A stretch of DNA of 64,000 nt from Dehalococcoidia bacterium (GTDB lineage: Bacteria > Chloroflexota > Dehalococcoidia > SZUA-161 > SpSt-899): assembly GCA_046498265.1 (NCBI GenBank), contig JAWOBB010000034.1:503-64502 (forward strand). The letters are read 5' to 3'. Shown one piece after another: positions 1 through 9,120 of this stretch. A program made the position numbers and the translations under genes. Each line of letters begins with the position of its first letter. Position 1 is the first letter of the stretch. The notes beneath the pieces are model-generated. The model was given only the letters and a program-made list of their open reading frames with translations. It did not search any database and was not told where the DNA came from.

Positions 1-1090
1 ATTCGGTCGAAGCATCGCCAAGCGTTATATCAACCACGCCCTCCGGGGATGAGCGCGGGACCGTCGCGTTTACCAAATGAATATCATCCATCCAGCCATC
101 ATTATCAAAATCCCCCAAAAAAGAGTCATCTATATATTGGAGGTCCTCACCAGCCCATGTTAAAGTTCCTGGGTCTGTACTTAAAGGATAATCAAACCCT
201 ATGATTTCTATCTGGCTGCAAACGGCCCCCTCTTCGGGGGAAATTGTCAATCTAGGAACCAGCGTGAACTCGCTGGCTGGCATGCAAGCATGCCGGCCGC
301 TGCCGTCAGTTGCATGTAAGCCTATATTTTGACCAGTTGGGGCGGCACCAATTTCTACCGTGCCATCGGAACGAACTACGCCGGAACCCTCGAGCGTACC
401 GTTCAGGGTCACCGTTCTGCCGGGTTTGAAGCCATGGGCCATTACCACGACCGAGTCACCGACGGCAAACTTCTTGGGGGAAACCTCCAGCCAGTCATAA
501 ACATAGACGGGAGATCCTGGCTCGCCGTTTGCCTCAATTATAAGCTCATCATCTACCGCTGAATCCTGACACTCGGTGCCGCTAAATGCTGCAGGACTCG
601 GTGCGTACGTATAGCTCCCGCAGGCATAAGGGTAGTTCCCGGTGTAAGGGCTGCACGTCCCATCCATTTCTTCGGAAACGTCGGGGTTGCCCAGCTCGGC
701 AAGTGGGCTCAGGGACAATGTGCCAGGGGCAGCCGACGGCATCTCAACGATTGTTAATACCTGGCCGTCCACTGTGATTACATCATCAATCGAGTTAATG
801 GGTGACCCCGACCAGGTGATGTATCTATAATCCTTAGCACTATCCGTATCCAGGTTAAGGTCACTGAGATCAAACCCGTCAGGAAATGTGATATTCACAG
901 TTTCACCTGCATCCGGGCCTTCCAGATAAATTTCGCATGAAACGTTGTTGGCGCCCGCCTTGTCTTTGCCCAGCGTCATCTGAACCGTGGTTACCGTTGC
1001 ATCAACCGCGCTGGCCGGGGCAGCCGCAACGACGCACAGGGAGGCGACCATCGCCAGAATCATCAATACACTAAACATCCTGTACTTCAT
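1..1090 (-). CDS. Secreted S-layer-like / Ig-repeat surface protein (5' part; runs off the window edge)
   Basis: Not in the ORF track because it has no stop in the window. Translated by hand: MKYRMFSVLMILAMVASLCVVAAAPASA-VDATV..., open to base 2. Sec signal peptide with ASA cleavage site; beta-rich repeats (LEVSPKKFAVGDSVVVMAHGF; LTISPEEGAVCSQIEIIGF). SD AAAGGAG upstream. Confidence 0.75.
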   Translation of the reverse strand, partial: MKYRMFSVLMILAMVASLCVVAAAPASAVDATVTTVQMTLGKDKAGANNVSCEIYLEGPDAGETVNITFPDGFDLSDLNLDTDSAKDYRYITWSGSPINSIDDVITVDGQVLTIVEMPSAAPGTLSLSPLAELGNPDVSEEMDGTCSPYTGNYPYACGSYTYAPSPAAFSGTECQDSAVDDELIIEANGEPGSPVYVYDWLEVSPKKFAVGDSVVVMAHGFKPGRTVTLNGTLEGSGVVRSDGTVEIGAAPTGQNIGLHATDGSGRHACMPASEFTLVPRLTISPEEGAVCSQIEIIGFDYPLSTDPGTLTWAGEDLQYIDDSFLGDFDNDGWMDDIHLVNATVPRSSPEGVVDITLGDASTE

Positions 1091-1439
1091 CTCTTTCTCT
1101 CCTTTCTTTGGTTTTAAAATTCCCTTTCGAAAATTCCCTTCTCGAAAGACCCTTTACGGGATTTTGTGTCTACCTTTTTATTAATGTAACGGTTTTCTCT
1201 CTCGATCTCACCTCCTCGGGATTTATTTCGAATCTAAATTGCAACCGCAAATACTGGTCGCAATAACACCCAACTCCAGCTCCCGGCTGAGGAAAAAACG
1301 TTTTACCGGCGGGGAATAAGGGGTAACGGAGGAAATAACGGGGCAAGTTACCCCACTGTTTCCAGTCGGGGTAACCGGGGTTCCAACGGAAGTTGCTATG
1401 TTGGGCACAGCTCTGCTATTCATCACTTAAGTCGTATCC

Positions 1440-1468
1440 TTTGTACCATGTTCGAACTCGAGTGTCAA
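1440..1468 (-). promoter_or_regulatory. Sigma70-type promoter for the surface protein gene
   Basis: Minus strand TTGACA-N17-TACAAA with extended TG; implies a leader of about 340 nt. Confidence 0.65.
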
Positions 1469-1606
1469 TACCTTCGATACAACTATAACCCGTCCTTTTC
1501 TTCGGTTCCACCATCTCAGACGGAATCAATAATAAAAAGGTTCCATCATAATAAAAGTAAGGATTACCATGGTGCGTTGATCTACAGATTATAATTGTGA
1601 AGTTTT

Positions 1607-1634
1607 AAAAAGGGGGCCCTTGAGGCCCCCTTTT
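1607..1634 (-). terminator. Intrinsic terminator after thiolase (bidirectional shape)
   Basis: AAAAA-GGGGGCC-cttga-GGCCCCC-TTTT, just past the thiolase stop. Confidence 0.8.
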
Positions 1635-1650
1635 GTCTTATATTCATAAA

Positions 1651-2820
1651 CTAAAGCCCGATGATGCAGCAACTGACCACCGGGGCATAGGGCTCATTTC
1701 CCATGTTGTGGGCCAGAGCCAGTTTGGGGTCTTTTGTCTGGCGTTCACCGGCCCGACCCTGGAAGTGCAGATAGGGTTCGTAAAGCATCCTTATGCCGGA
1801 GGCACCAATGGGATGCCCGAAGCACTTGAGCCCGCCGTCAGGCTGTACCGGCAGTTCGCCATCCAGCTGGAAGGTGCCGGCGTCGATATCTTCTTTAACT
1901 TTACCCCGGGGACTGAACTGGAGGTCCTCCATGGTCACCGCTTCGGTGATGGAAAAACAATCATGCGTTTCTGCCAGGCTTATTTCCTCTCTGGGGTTCT
2001 TAATCCCGGCTTCTTCGTAGGCAGCAATGCCTGCCCGGTAGGCCTCTTCGACGTGGGTATAATCGAAATCGGTGACCATCCGCCCCGTACTGGGCGTGGC
2101 GCAAATCTGGAGCGCCTTTACGTAGACCGGTATTTCCTTGAAACTTTTGGCTATTTCCGGTTTGACCAGTATGGCTGCCGAACCGCCATCCGATACGCCG
2201 CAACAGTCGAAAAGCCCGAGCGGCCAGGCGATAATCGGGGCATTCAGTACCTGCTCGAGGGTGATTTCCCGCTGCAGGTGTGCCTTTGGGTTCATCGCGC
2301 CGTTGTGATGGCTTTTTACGGAAATCTTTCCCAGCATGGTTTTGCCCTCTTCAGGGGTGAGCCCATACCGGCTGAAGTAACGGGTAGCCATCATGGCAAA
2401 TACGCCCGGCATAGTCGATTCATAATGGGTGCCCGCCCTGTTCTGCATTCCCGGCAGGCCGCTCATGCCTTCGTCTTTGAGCTTTTCATAGCCGACTGCC
2501 AGAACGATATCATAGATTCCCGCGGCTATGGCATAGGAAGCTCCCCTGATGGCCTCATGCCCTGAACCGCAGGCGTTCTCCACCCTGGTAACCGGCTTAT
2601 ATTGAAGCCGCAGGGCCTCGCTGACGGTCCGCCCTCCGTTTCCGCTGAAAAGTGTGCCGCTCCAGACGGCTTCGACGTCTTTCAATTCTATACCGGCATC
2701 TTCCAGGGCCTCGTTTGTGGAATCAACGATCAGGTCGGTGGGGCCCTTCTCCCAGAGTTCTCCGAACTTGGTGCAGCCCATCCCTACAATTGCCGCTTTA
2801 TCTTTAATGCTCCCGGGCAT
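1651..2820 (-). CDS. Thiolase (SCP2-type / acetyl-CoA acetyltransferase family)
   Basis: ENACGSG catalytic Cys, HDCF and GHPIGASG motifs. Confidence 0.9.
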   Translation of the reverse strand: MPGSIKDKAAIVGMGCTKFGELWEKGPTDLIVDSTNEALEDAGIELKDVEAVWSGTLFSGNGGRTVSEALRLQYKPVTRVENACGSGHEAIRGASYAIAAGIYDIVLAVGYEKLKDEGMSGLPGMQNRAGTHYESTMPGVFAMMATRYFSRYGLTPEEGKTMLGKISVKSHHNGAMNPKAHLQREITLEQVLNAPIIAWPLGLFDCCGVSDGGSAAILVKPEIAKSFKEIPVYVKALQICATPSTGRMVTDFDYTHVEEAYRAGIAAYEEAGIKNPREEISLAETHDCFSITEAVTMEDLQFSPRGKVKEDIDAGTFQLDGELPVQPDGGLKCFGHPIGASGIRMLYEPYLHFQGRAGERQTKDPKLALAHNMGNEPYAPVVSCCIIGL

Positions 2821-2832
2821 TTCATTCCTCCT

Positions 2833-4278
2833 TTATCTAACTGGTCGGGCTTTCCAGTGATAAACACTCAAGCCCCGGTTTACCTGCATCCGGCGGAAGG
2901 TCATCTCCACCTCCGATCCCACTTCAAGTTCGGCCGGATCCCTGTCGGTGAGATCGAAAAAAGCTCGACCGCCGCCCTCGAAATCGACAAGAACCACGGA
3001 GGCAGGGGGATCGGCTACCGGAGCGAGATTGTCGTGGGTGTAGCTGAAAACCTTTGCCCTTTTTCTGGAGAAGTTGTAATCCTCAAAATCATCACAGGCG
3101 CCGCAGTGGGCACAGACCCGAACCGGAGTGGTAGCCGCAGCACCGTCGTCATATTGAACGGTCCCGCATTGCCTGCATTTGACTCCCCACAGCCCGATCT
3201 GCTGCCTGTTCTCCCGCCACATGGCTGAAAGCCGGGCCGGGGTTTTAGTGGGGCGTCTGGCCTCTTCCTGGGGAACTATATTTCGCCATATCAAATAAGG
3301 ATTGTATCCATCCATCATTTTCTTTGAGGCCAGATGTCCTTTTATGCCCCGGCGCTGGGGCAGCTTTTCAATGGCATCCGTTACCTGAAAAATAAACGCA
3401 TCGGCCCCGTCCCCGCTGCCGGCAAAGAGGATTTTGTCGCCGGGCTTGGCCTCCTCCAGGGCACTGGCAAGCATCATCAGCGGCTGGGCGCAGCCGGTGA
3501 TCCCCACGTTCAAGAACAGGGTGAAGGGATCCTGTACCTGTGAGGCATCGAATCCCGCTGCTGTTGCGGCTTTGCCATGGCGGCGGCCATCCACCGGGCT
3601 GTCGAAGACCACCCTGGCAAAATCCTTTGGCTCCAGGCCGTACTTTTTCATTATCCCGCCCAGCACTTCCGGGATGACTCTTGAATAGCCCTCATCCATG
3701 ATCATCCGGTCTTCCCAGGTGCGCAGATAATCATCGTTGGAGGCCCGCCATGCACCGGCAAGCTCATCGGTAATTGAGTAACTGCCCTCGACCTCGGCGA
3801 TGACGTTATCCTTGCCCAGCAGAACCGCGCCGGCGCCGTCGCCCAGTCCCTGTTCCGTCATTCCGGCTGGTGCTGCCGTGCGAGCATCCGATGAGGTCAC
3901 CATCACGCTGTTTGCCGAGCCAGCCTCGATGGCATCGAGAGCCATACCGAAAGCGCTGGCTCCCGCTCGAAGCGATGTGTTTATGTCGGCCGTCCTGACA
4001 TCGCGGCGCATATCCAGTGCAAGTGACATGATAGATGCACATTGTTTTTCTTTGTAAGGAGAGGTGGTAGTAGCAAAATAGAGGGCATCTATAGCTCGAC
4101 TGTCCAGGTCTCCCAGACAATCCCTGGCCGCTTCCACGCCCATGGTCACGCTATCCTCATCGAAATAGGCTACCGCTTTCTCTCCGGGCATTCCGAATCC
4201 TCCCCAGGCATCGACGCATTTTTGCCTCTCCATGCGATGCCAGGGAATATACGCTCCATAAGATACTATTCCTGCCAT
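2833..4278 (-). CDS. HMG-CoA-synthase-like domain fused to C-terminal DUF35 Zn-ribbon/OB-fold
   Basis: GIVSYGAYIP, DEDSVTMGVEAA, GDGAGA motifs; C-terminal CRQC...CAHC and OB fold. Start moved to the ATG after AAGGAG. Confidence 0.85.
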   Translation of the reverse strand: MAGIVSYGAYIPWHRMERQKCVDAWGGFGMPGEKAVAYFDEDSVTMGVEAARDCLGDLDSRAIDALYFATTTSPYKEKQCASIMSLALDMRRDVRTADINTSLRAGASAFGMALDAIEAGSANSVMVTSSDARTAAPAGMTEQGLGDGAGAVLLGKDNVIAEVEGSYSITDELAGAWRASNDDYLRTWEDRMIMDEGYSRVIPEVLGGIMKKYGLEPKDFARVVFDSPVDGRRHGKAATAAGFDASQVQDPFTLFLNVGITGCAQPLMMLASALEEAKPGDKILFAGSGDGADAFIFQVTDAIEKLPQRRGIKGHLASKKMMDGYNPYLIWRNIVPQEEARRPTKTPARLSAMWRENRQQIGLWGVKCRQCGTVQYDDGAAATTPVRVCAHCGACDDFEDYNFSRKRAKVFSYTHDNLAPVADPPASVVLVDFEGGGRAFFDLTDRDPAELEVGSEVEMTFRRMQVNRGLSVYHWKARPVR

Positions 4279-4481
4279 TGACATCTCCTTTTTCCAGATA
4301 GCTTTAGCCACACAAAAAGAGGGCAGGACCAATGCCCTCCATTCGGCGAAATTCTAACACCTGCGAGAACAAATTGTCAAGCACTGGCATCGTGTTGATG
4401 CCAGTGTATGCCGTGCAACCGCGGTATAGCACCAAAAAGTTCATATTAGGGACGAAATATGCACGACTTGTGCATATCGCC

Positions 4482-4510
4482 TTGACAAAACGAGGGTGTT
4501 TATGTATACT
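4482..4510 (+). promoter_or_regulatory. Sigma70-type promoter of the glycosyltransferase operon
   Basis: TTGACA-N17-TATACT. Confidence 0.75.
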
Positions 4511-4570
4511 TGCGTTAGCTTCGGCCCTTCGGTGGTAGAAATATCCGAAGGGCCGAAAAATCATCGTGCC

Positions 4571-5806
4571 ATGAAAATCTGCCTTTTATGCTACCGGGGT
4601 AAGCCCAATTGCGGGGGTCAGGGTGTTTACATTTACTACCTCTCCCGTGAATTGCAAAATCTGGGGCATGAGGTCCATGTGATCTCCGGCCCTCCCTATC
4701 CCGTGGTTGAAGAAGGTATCACCCTGCACAAACTGGACAGCCTGCTGCTTTATGACAGACCGGAACGTTTCCCCAGGGATTTCCCCTGGCGGCATCCCAC
4801 CCCGCTCAACCTTTATGAATACCTCAATGTCTGTTTCGGCTTATTCCCGGAACCCTACACCTTCAGTATGAGGGCTTTCAGGAAGTTGCGCCAGCTCCAG
4901 CGGATACACAAGTTCGACATCGTTCATGATAACCAGGGGCTTGGATACGGCATGCTCCTGATAAAGCATTTGCTGAAAATTCCCGTTGTGGCTACTATCC
5001 ATCATCCCATTACCGTTGACCGTGATACGGATATCGCCACCGCGCCGAATCTGCGATGGCGCATCAGGCTGCGGCTGTGGTATTCCTTCCTGCGGATGCA
5101 GAAATACGTGGCCAGGAGGATGGACAGGGTAATAACCGTTTCCCATAATTCTGCGGATGACCTTGTTAAGGCCTTCGGGATCGATCGAAACAAGATGGAA
5201 GTGGTGCACAATGGCACTGATCATAATCTGTTCAAACCGTGCCCTGAAACGGTGAGGAAGGCGAACAGCATCATCACTGTCAATAGCGGGGACTCGCCCA
5301 TCAAGGGTGCCGATTATCTTCTCCAGGCGCTGACTATGTTACGCGATGGGCCCTCTCAGCCGAAACTGACCATCGTCGGGCGGATAGCACCGGAGAGCCG
5401 GAACCTGCGCCTGGTTAAGGAGTACGGCGTCGAAGACATGGTCACCTTCACCGGCCGGATCGATAATGAAGAGCTAGTTTCCCTGTATTCCTCTTCTGAA
5501 ATAGCAGTAGTACCTTCCCTTTATGAAGGGTTTGGTTTCCCGGCTACAGAGGCGATGGCTTGCGGGACCCCGGTGATAGCTTCCCGCGCCGGTTCCTTGC
5601 CCGAAGTTGTGGGGGAGGACAATGAAGCTGGAATCTCGGTGCCTCCAGCCAATGCTGTGGCCCTGGCCGAAGCGATTAAAAGGCTCCTGGCTGACGATTC
5701 TCTACGAAAGGAGATGGGGCTGGCAGGAAGGAGGCGGGTTGAGGACCATTTCAACTGGAGGCGGGCCGCCGAGGATACCATCCGGGTTTACGAGGAGTTG
5801 TTGTAG
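4571..5806 (+). CDS. GT4 glycosyltransferase, ManT-like
   Basis: N-terminal LLCYRGKPNCGGQGVY, DIVHDNQGLGYG, TIHHPITVD, SLYEGFGFPATEAMACG. Confidence 0.9.
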   Translation: MKICLLCYRGKPNCGGQGVYIYYLSRELQNLGHEVHVISGPPYPVVEEGITLHKLDSLLLYDRPERFPRDFPWRHPTPLNLYEYLNVCFGLFPEPYTFSMRAFRKLRQLQRIHKFDIVHDNQGLGYGMLLIKHLLKIPVVATIHHPITVDRDTDIATAPNLRWRIRLRLWYSFLRMQKYVARRMDRVITVSHNSADDLVKAFGIDRNKMEVVHNGTDHNLFKPCPETVRKANSIITVNSGDSPIKGADYLLQALTMLRDGPSQPKLTIVGRIAPESRNLRLVKEYGVEDMVTFTGRIDNEELVSLYSSSEIAVVPSLYEGFGFPATEAMACGTPVIASRAGSLPEVVGEDNEAGISVPPANAVALAEAIKRLLADDSLRKEMGLAGRRRVEDHFNWRRAAEDTIRVYEELL

Positions 5807-6520
5807 ATGCTTACCGTCGATTATGATCTCCTGGGAATAGAAGATGGTGAGAGGATACTCGACCTGGGCTGTGGAGAGGGAAGGCATACCTGGATAGCCT
5901 GCAAAGAAAAGAGATGCCAGGTGATCGGGCTGGATATGGATAAAACCAGCCTGGACAAAGGCCGGCTGGTTCTATGGAAACTTGATGAGCAGGGCGAAAC
6001 TAAAGGGGAGTGGCTGCTCACCAGGGGCACCATTCTGAAGCTTCCTTTCCGGGACGGTACCTTCGACAGAATTATCTGCTCCGAAGTCCTGGAACATATT
6101 CCCGATGATCACCAGGGAATCCGGGAGATAACGCGAGTACTGAAAGATGACGGGTTCCTGGCGGTCAGCGTTCCCTCTTATTTACCCGAAGCCATCTGCT
6201 GGAAGCTTTCCGCCGAATATCACAACTACCCGGGAGGACATATCAGGATATATAAGGGCAGGGAGCTTCGTTCCAAGTTACAGCAGAACAGGCTGAAGAT
6301 TTACGCTGTCCGCCATAAGCACGCCCTGCATTCCTTCTACTGGATTTCAAAGTGCTTTTTCGGGGCCAGCAACGATAAGGCCCGTTTGCCTGCACTTTAT
6401 CATAAATTTCTCGTGTGGGACCTGAAAACCAATACCTGGCCGGTGAAGTTCCTTGACAGTATGCTCAACAATGTATTTGCCAAGAGCATCGTCTTTTATG
6501 CCCGCAAAAACCAGACTTAG
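5807..6520 (+). CDS. Class I SAM methyltransferase (MMP-cluster putative 3-O-methyltransferase-like)
   Basis: MLTVDYDLLG...ILDLGCGEGRH, SEVLEHIPDD, GGHIRIY, HALHSFYW. Confidence 0.85.
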   Translation: MLTVDYDLLGIEDGERILDLGCGEGRHTWIACKEKRCQVIGLDMDKTSLDKGRLVLWKLDEQGETKGEWLLTRGTILKLPFRDGTFDRIICSEVLEHIPDDHQGIREITRVLKDDGFLAVSVPSYLPEAICWKLSAEYHNYPGGHIRIYKGRELRSKLQQNRLKIYAVRHKHALHSFYWISKCFFGASNDKARLPALYHKFLVWDLKTNTWPVKFLDSMLNNVFAKSIVFYARKNQT

Positions 6521-6529
6521 TTTACTGCC

Positions 6530-7600
6530 ATGAAACAGATGCCCTGTAATATTTTTGAGCTGATTTGTCATTCTGCGGAATATATCTGCAAGAGTCAGCG
6601 GCCTTCAGGCGATATTCCGTGGTTTGAAGGCGGTAAAACCGATCCCTGGGACCATACCGAATGTGCCATCGCCCTCGACCTGTGCAACAAACATGAAGAA
6701 GCCAGACGGGCCTACCTCTGGCTGCAGGAGATTCAGAATCCGGATGGAACGTGGTGGTACAGCTATTACAACGGTCAACCCCGGGAGATGGCCAAAGATA
6801 CCAATTACAGCACATACATCGCGGTGGGGATATGGTGTCATTATGTGGCCACCGGCGATGAGGAGTTCCTGGGAGAAATGTGGGCCACGGTGGAAAGGGC
6901 CCTCGACTTTGCCTTGAGCCTGCAGCAGCCCGACGGGGAGATCCACTGGGGAACTGATGCGAACGATAATACCTGGGATAGAGCCCTGATTGCCGGTTCA
7001 AGCTGCGTCTGGTTAAGCCTTAGATGCGGCGTCAGGATTGCCGGCACGCTTGGCATTGAAAAACCTGCGTGGGAGGAGGCAAGTACCCGGCTGGCTGCAG
7101 CTATTAGAAACCGCCCTGAGCTCTTTGACAGTTGCGGTTACAGCAAATGCGACTATGCGGTGAGCTGGTTCTACCCCGTGCTTACCGGGGTGGTCAATGG
7201 CGATAAGGGCAAAAAACACCTTCTGGATCGCTGGGACGAGTTCGTCATTGACAACCGCGGGTGTAAATGCGTGGTGGAAGAACCCTGGTGGGTGACCGTT
7301 GCCGAAACCGCCGAATTGATTATGGCCCTGATTCGCGTGGGGGAACGGGGCAGGGCCGAACAGTTATTGAACTGGATACTCGAGCTTCAGGATGAGCCCG
7401 GCGTTTTCTGGTCCGGGATAAAGATACCGGAAGAGATGATCTGGCCGCAGGAGAAACCCACGTGGGTGGCCGCAGCCCTGGCGATTGCTGCCTCCGCTTA
7501 TCTCGACGAAAAGAACAAACTGGCGGCGGTTCTATGGGGCAAATTCGAAGAAGAGAACCCCGGTCGGAGGCCCCTGATTGAAGTCCAAAGGACCCCCTGA
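6530..7600 (+). CDS. (alpha/alpha)6-barrel protein usually annotated as prenyltransferase; MmpH-like glycoside hydrolase
   Basis: QRPSGDIPWFEGGKTDPWDHTECA, QNPDGTW, WFYPVL, WVTVAETAEL motifs. Confidence 0.75.
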   Translation: MKQMPCNIFELICHSAEYICKSQRPSGDIPWFEGGKTDPWDHTECAIALDLCNKHEEARRAYLWLQEIQNPDGTWWYSYYNGQPREMAKDTNYSTYIAVGIWCHYVATGDEEFLGEMWATVERALDFALSLQQPDGEIHWGTDANDNTWDRALIAGSSCVWLSLRCGVRIAGTLGIEKPAWEEASTRLAAAIRNRPELFDSCGYSKCDYAVSWFYPVLTGVVNGDKGKKHLLDRWDEFVIDNRGCKCVVEEPWWVTVAETAELIMALIRVGERGRAEQLLNWILELQDEPGVFWSGIKIPEEMIWPQEKPTWVAAALAIAASAYLDEKNKLAAVLWGKFEEENPGRRPLIEVQRTP

Positions 7601-8192
7601 TTTTGTCGGTTACGAAAACCTCATAGCTTTCATCAGTGAAAAACAGCTCCACGAACTTGACGGTGATCTGGTAGAGATAGGTGCCTTCATGGGCGGCGGC
7701 ACCGTTAAGCTGGCTGAATATGCACAAAAATACGACAGGCAGTTGTACGTCGTCGATATTTTCGAGCCGGTACTTGACCAGACTATCAGCAGGAGCGGGG
7801 AAAGCGCCTGTTCCGTATACGAAGGGTTTCTGGAGGGTCGCTCGATGTGGGATGTCTATCGGGAAGCGACCGCCCCTTTCAACAACATCACAACTATCCG
7901 GGAAGACTCGAAGAAAGTCAATTTTGGCGGAGATCAAAGTTTCATCTTTGGGTTTATCGATGGCTGTCACGAAGAGACATACGTGAGAAGCGATTTCCAT
8001 CTCATCTGGCCTCACATCGTGCCGGGGGGAGTTTTGGGCTTCCACGATTGGGAATATGAGGACTGGCCGGGGGTTACCGCGGCGGTCAGAAAGCTGTTTG
8101 ATGAACACCGGGATGAAATCAGCGAGATGACTGAGATTGAAGGGGTTTATGAAATCAAGTCGTTGATGCTGATTAAGAAGCAGCTTTTTTAG
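7578..8192 (+). CDS. Methyltransf_24-type O-methyltransferase (MeT1-like)
   Basis: VEIGAFMGGGT, FIDGCH...DF...GGVLGFHD; TTG start 7 nt after GGAGG, overlapping the previous gene. Confidence 0.75.
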   Translation: MKSKGPPDFVGYENLIAFISEKQLHELDGDLVEIGAFMGGGTVKLAEYAQKYDRQLYVVDIFEPVLDQTISRSGESACSVYEGFLEGRSMWDVYREATAPFNNITTIREDSKKVNFGGDQSFIFGFIDGCHEETYVRSDFHLIWPHIVPGGVLGFHDWEYEDWPGVTAAVRKLFDEHRDEISEMTEIEGVYEIKSLMLIKKQLF

Positions 8193-8967
8193 GCTGGCAC
8201 CGGATTACTATCACGTCGCTAATGGAAGGAAGATAGCGGGCGACAGCATCCAGGGTATTTAAGATTGCATTTGAGATAATGTTGGGGCACTTGCTCAGGA
8301 AGGAGCCCCACCAGGGAAGCCCGAACAGTAAAGACACCCCCCTGATTTGTTTGATTTCCAGGTGTTTCTTGGCCATCTCTTTCAAGTTTGAGTAGTGAAA
8401 GCGGTAGGTATGATCGGCAGGGGTGTCCCATACCATCTTGCCCTCCACCTTCCCGAATCCCAGTTTCCACTTCAGCCAGCAGATGGATTTCCCCAGTTTG
8501 AAGCCAAGGCTTTCAAAATTGGCTATGGCGATGATGACTTCCCCATCTGGTTTTACCATTGTGCCCATCTGGCCTATGGCTGCTGAGGGGTCAGGGAAAT
8601 GGTCGAGCGAGCCCTTGCAATATACTTTATCAAATGACCCCGGTTTGAACGGCAGATGTTCTCCTATTCCGTGGACAACGCTCATGTCGGCACCAGTGGC
8701 GGCGATATTTTCCTTAGAACATGCCACCATTATGTTTGAGGGCTCCAATCCTACGAGCCTTGCCCCCTTTCTGGTCAGGTCCACGCCGTCGGTGGCCTTG
8801 CCGCAGCCGACATCCAGTATGATTTCTCCCGGTCTGGGGTCAATCTTCTGGTAAGTAATCTCGATCATCTTCCGGAACAGGAAGGCGACATCCGGATTTA
8901 TCACCTCCGGCATCACATGATCGTCATTCCATTCAAGGTCAATTTCCGCCTGATTCGCTTGATTCAA
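8173..8967 (-). CDS. Class I SAM-dependent methyltransferase
   Basis: ILDVGCG, LPFKPGSFD, SLDHFPDP. Confidence 0.85.
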   Translation of the reverse strand: MNQANQAEIDLEWNDDHVMPEVINPDVAFLFRKMIEITYQKIDPRPGEIILDVGCGKATDGVDLTRKGARLVGLEPSNIMVACSKENIAATGADMSVVHGIGEHLPFKPGSFDKVYCKGSLDHFPDPSAAIGQMGTMVKPDGEVIIAIANFESLGFKLGKSICWLKWKLGFGKVEGKMVWDTPADHTYRFHYSNLKEMAKKHLEIKQIRGVSLLFGLPWWGSFLSKCPNIISNAILNTLDAVARYLPSISDVIVIRCQPKKAAS

Positions 8968-9057
8968 TTAATTCGCCTCCAGAAGGTGCTTTTGGTCCTC
9001 TGGTATATTAGCACCGTATTGGCAGAGTTGCAATCCGGTATTAATAACAGTGTAAGA

Positions 9058-9089
9058 AGGCGGGGTGGGCCAAATGGCCCACCCCGCCT
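9058..9089 (-). terminator. Intrinsic terminator-like hairpin
   Basis: AGGCGGGGTGGGCC-aaat-GGCCCACCCCGCCT, 14-bp perfect stem downstream of the 9121 stop; weak U tract. Confidence 0.7.
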
Positions 9090-9120
9090 CTTTCTCACTC
9101 AGGCTGAAGGGCTCTCCAGA

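Noticed and set aside
1223-1426. 67-aa minus-strand ORF in the S-layer leader
   Set aside because: No recognisable motif or SD, and it overlaps hairpin-forming sequence. A leader peptide cannot be excluded but is unsupported.
2833-4278. Mevalonate pathway HMG-CoA synthase
   Set aside because: The catalytic Cys appears absent and MEP genes ispD/ispF are present.
6530-7600. Terpene cyclase / hopanoid synthesis interpretation
   Set aside because: No DxDD motif, a single barrel only, and the context fits a glycoside hydrolase better.
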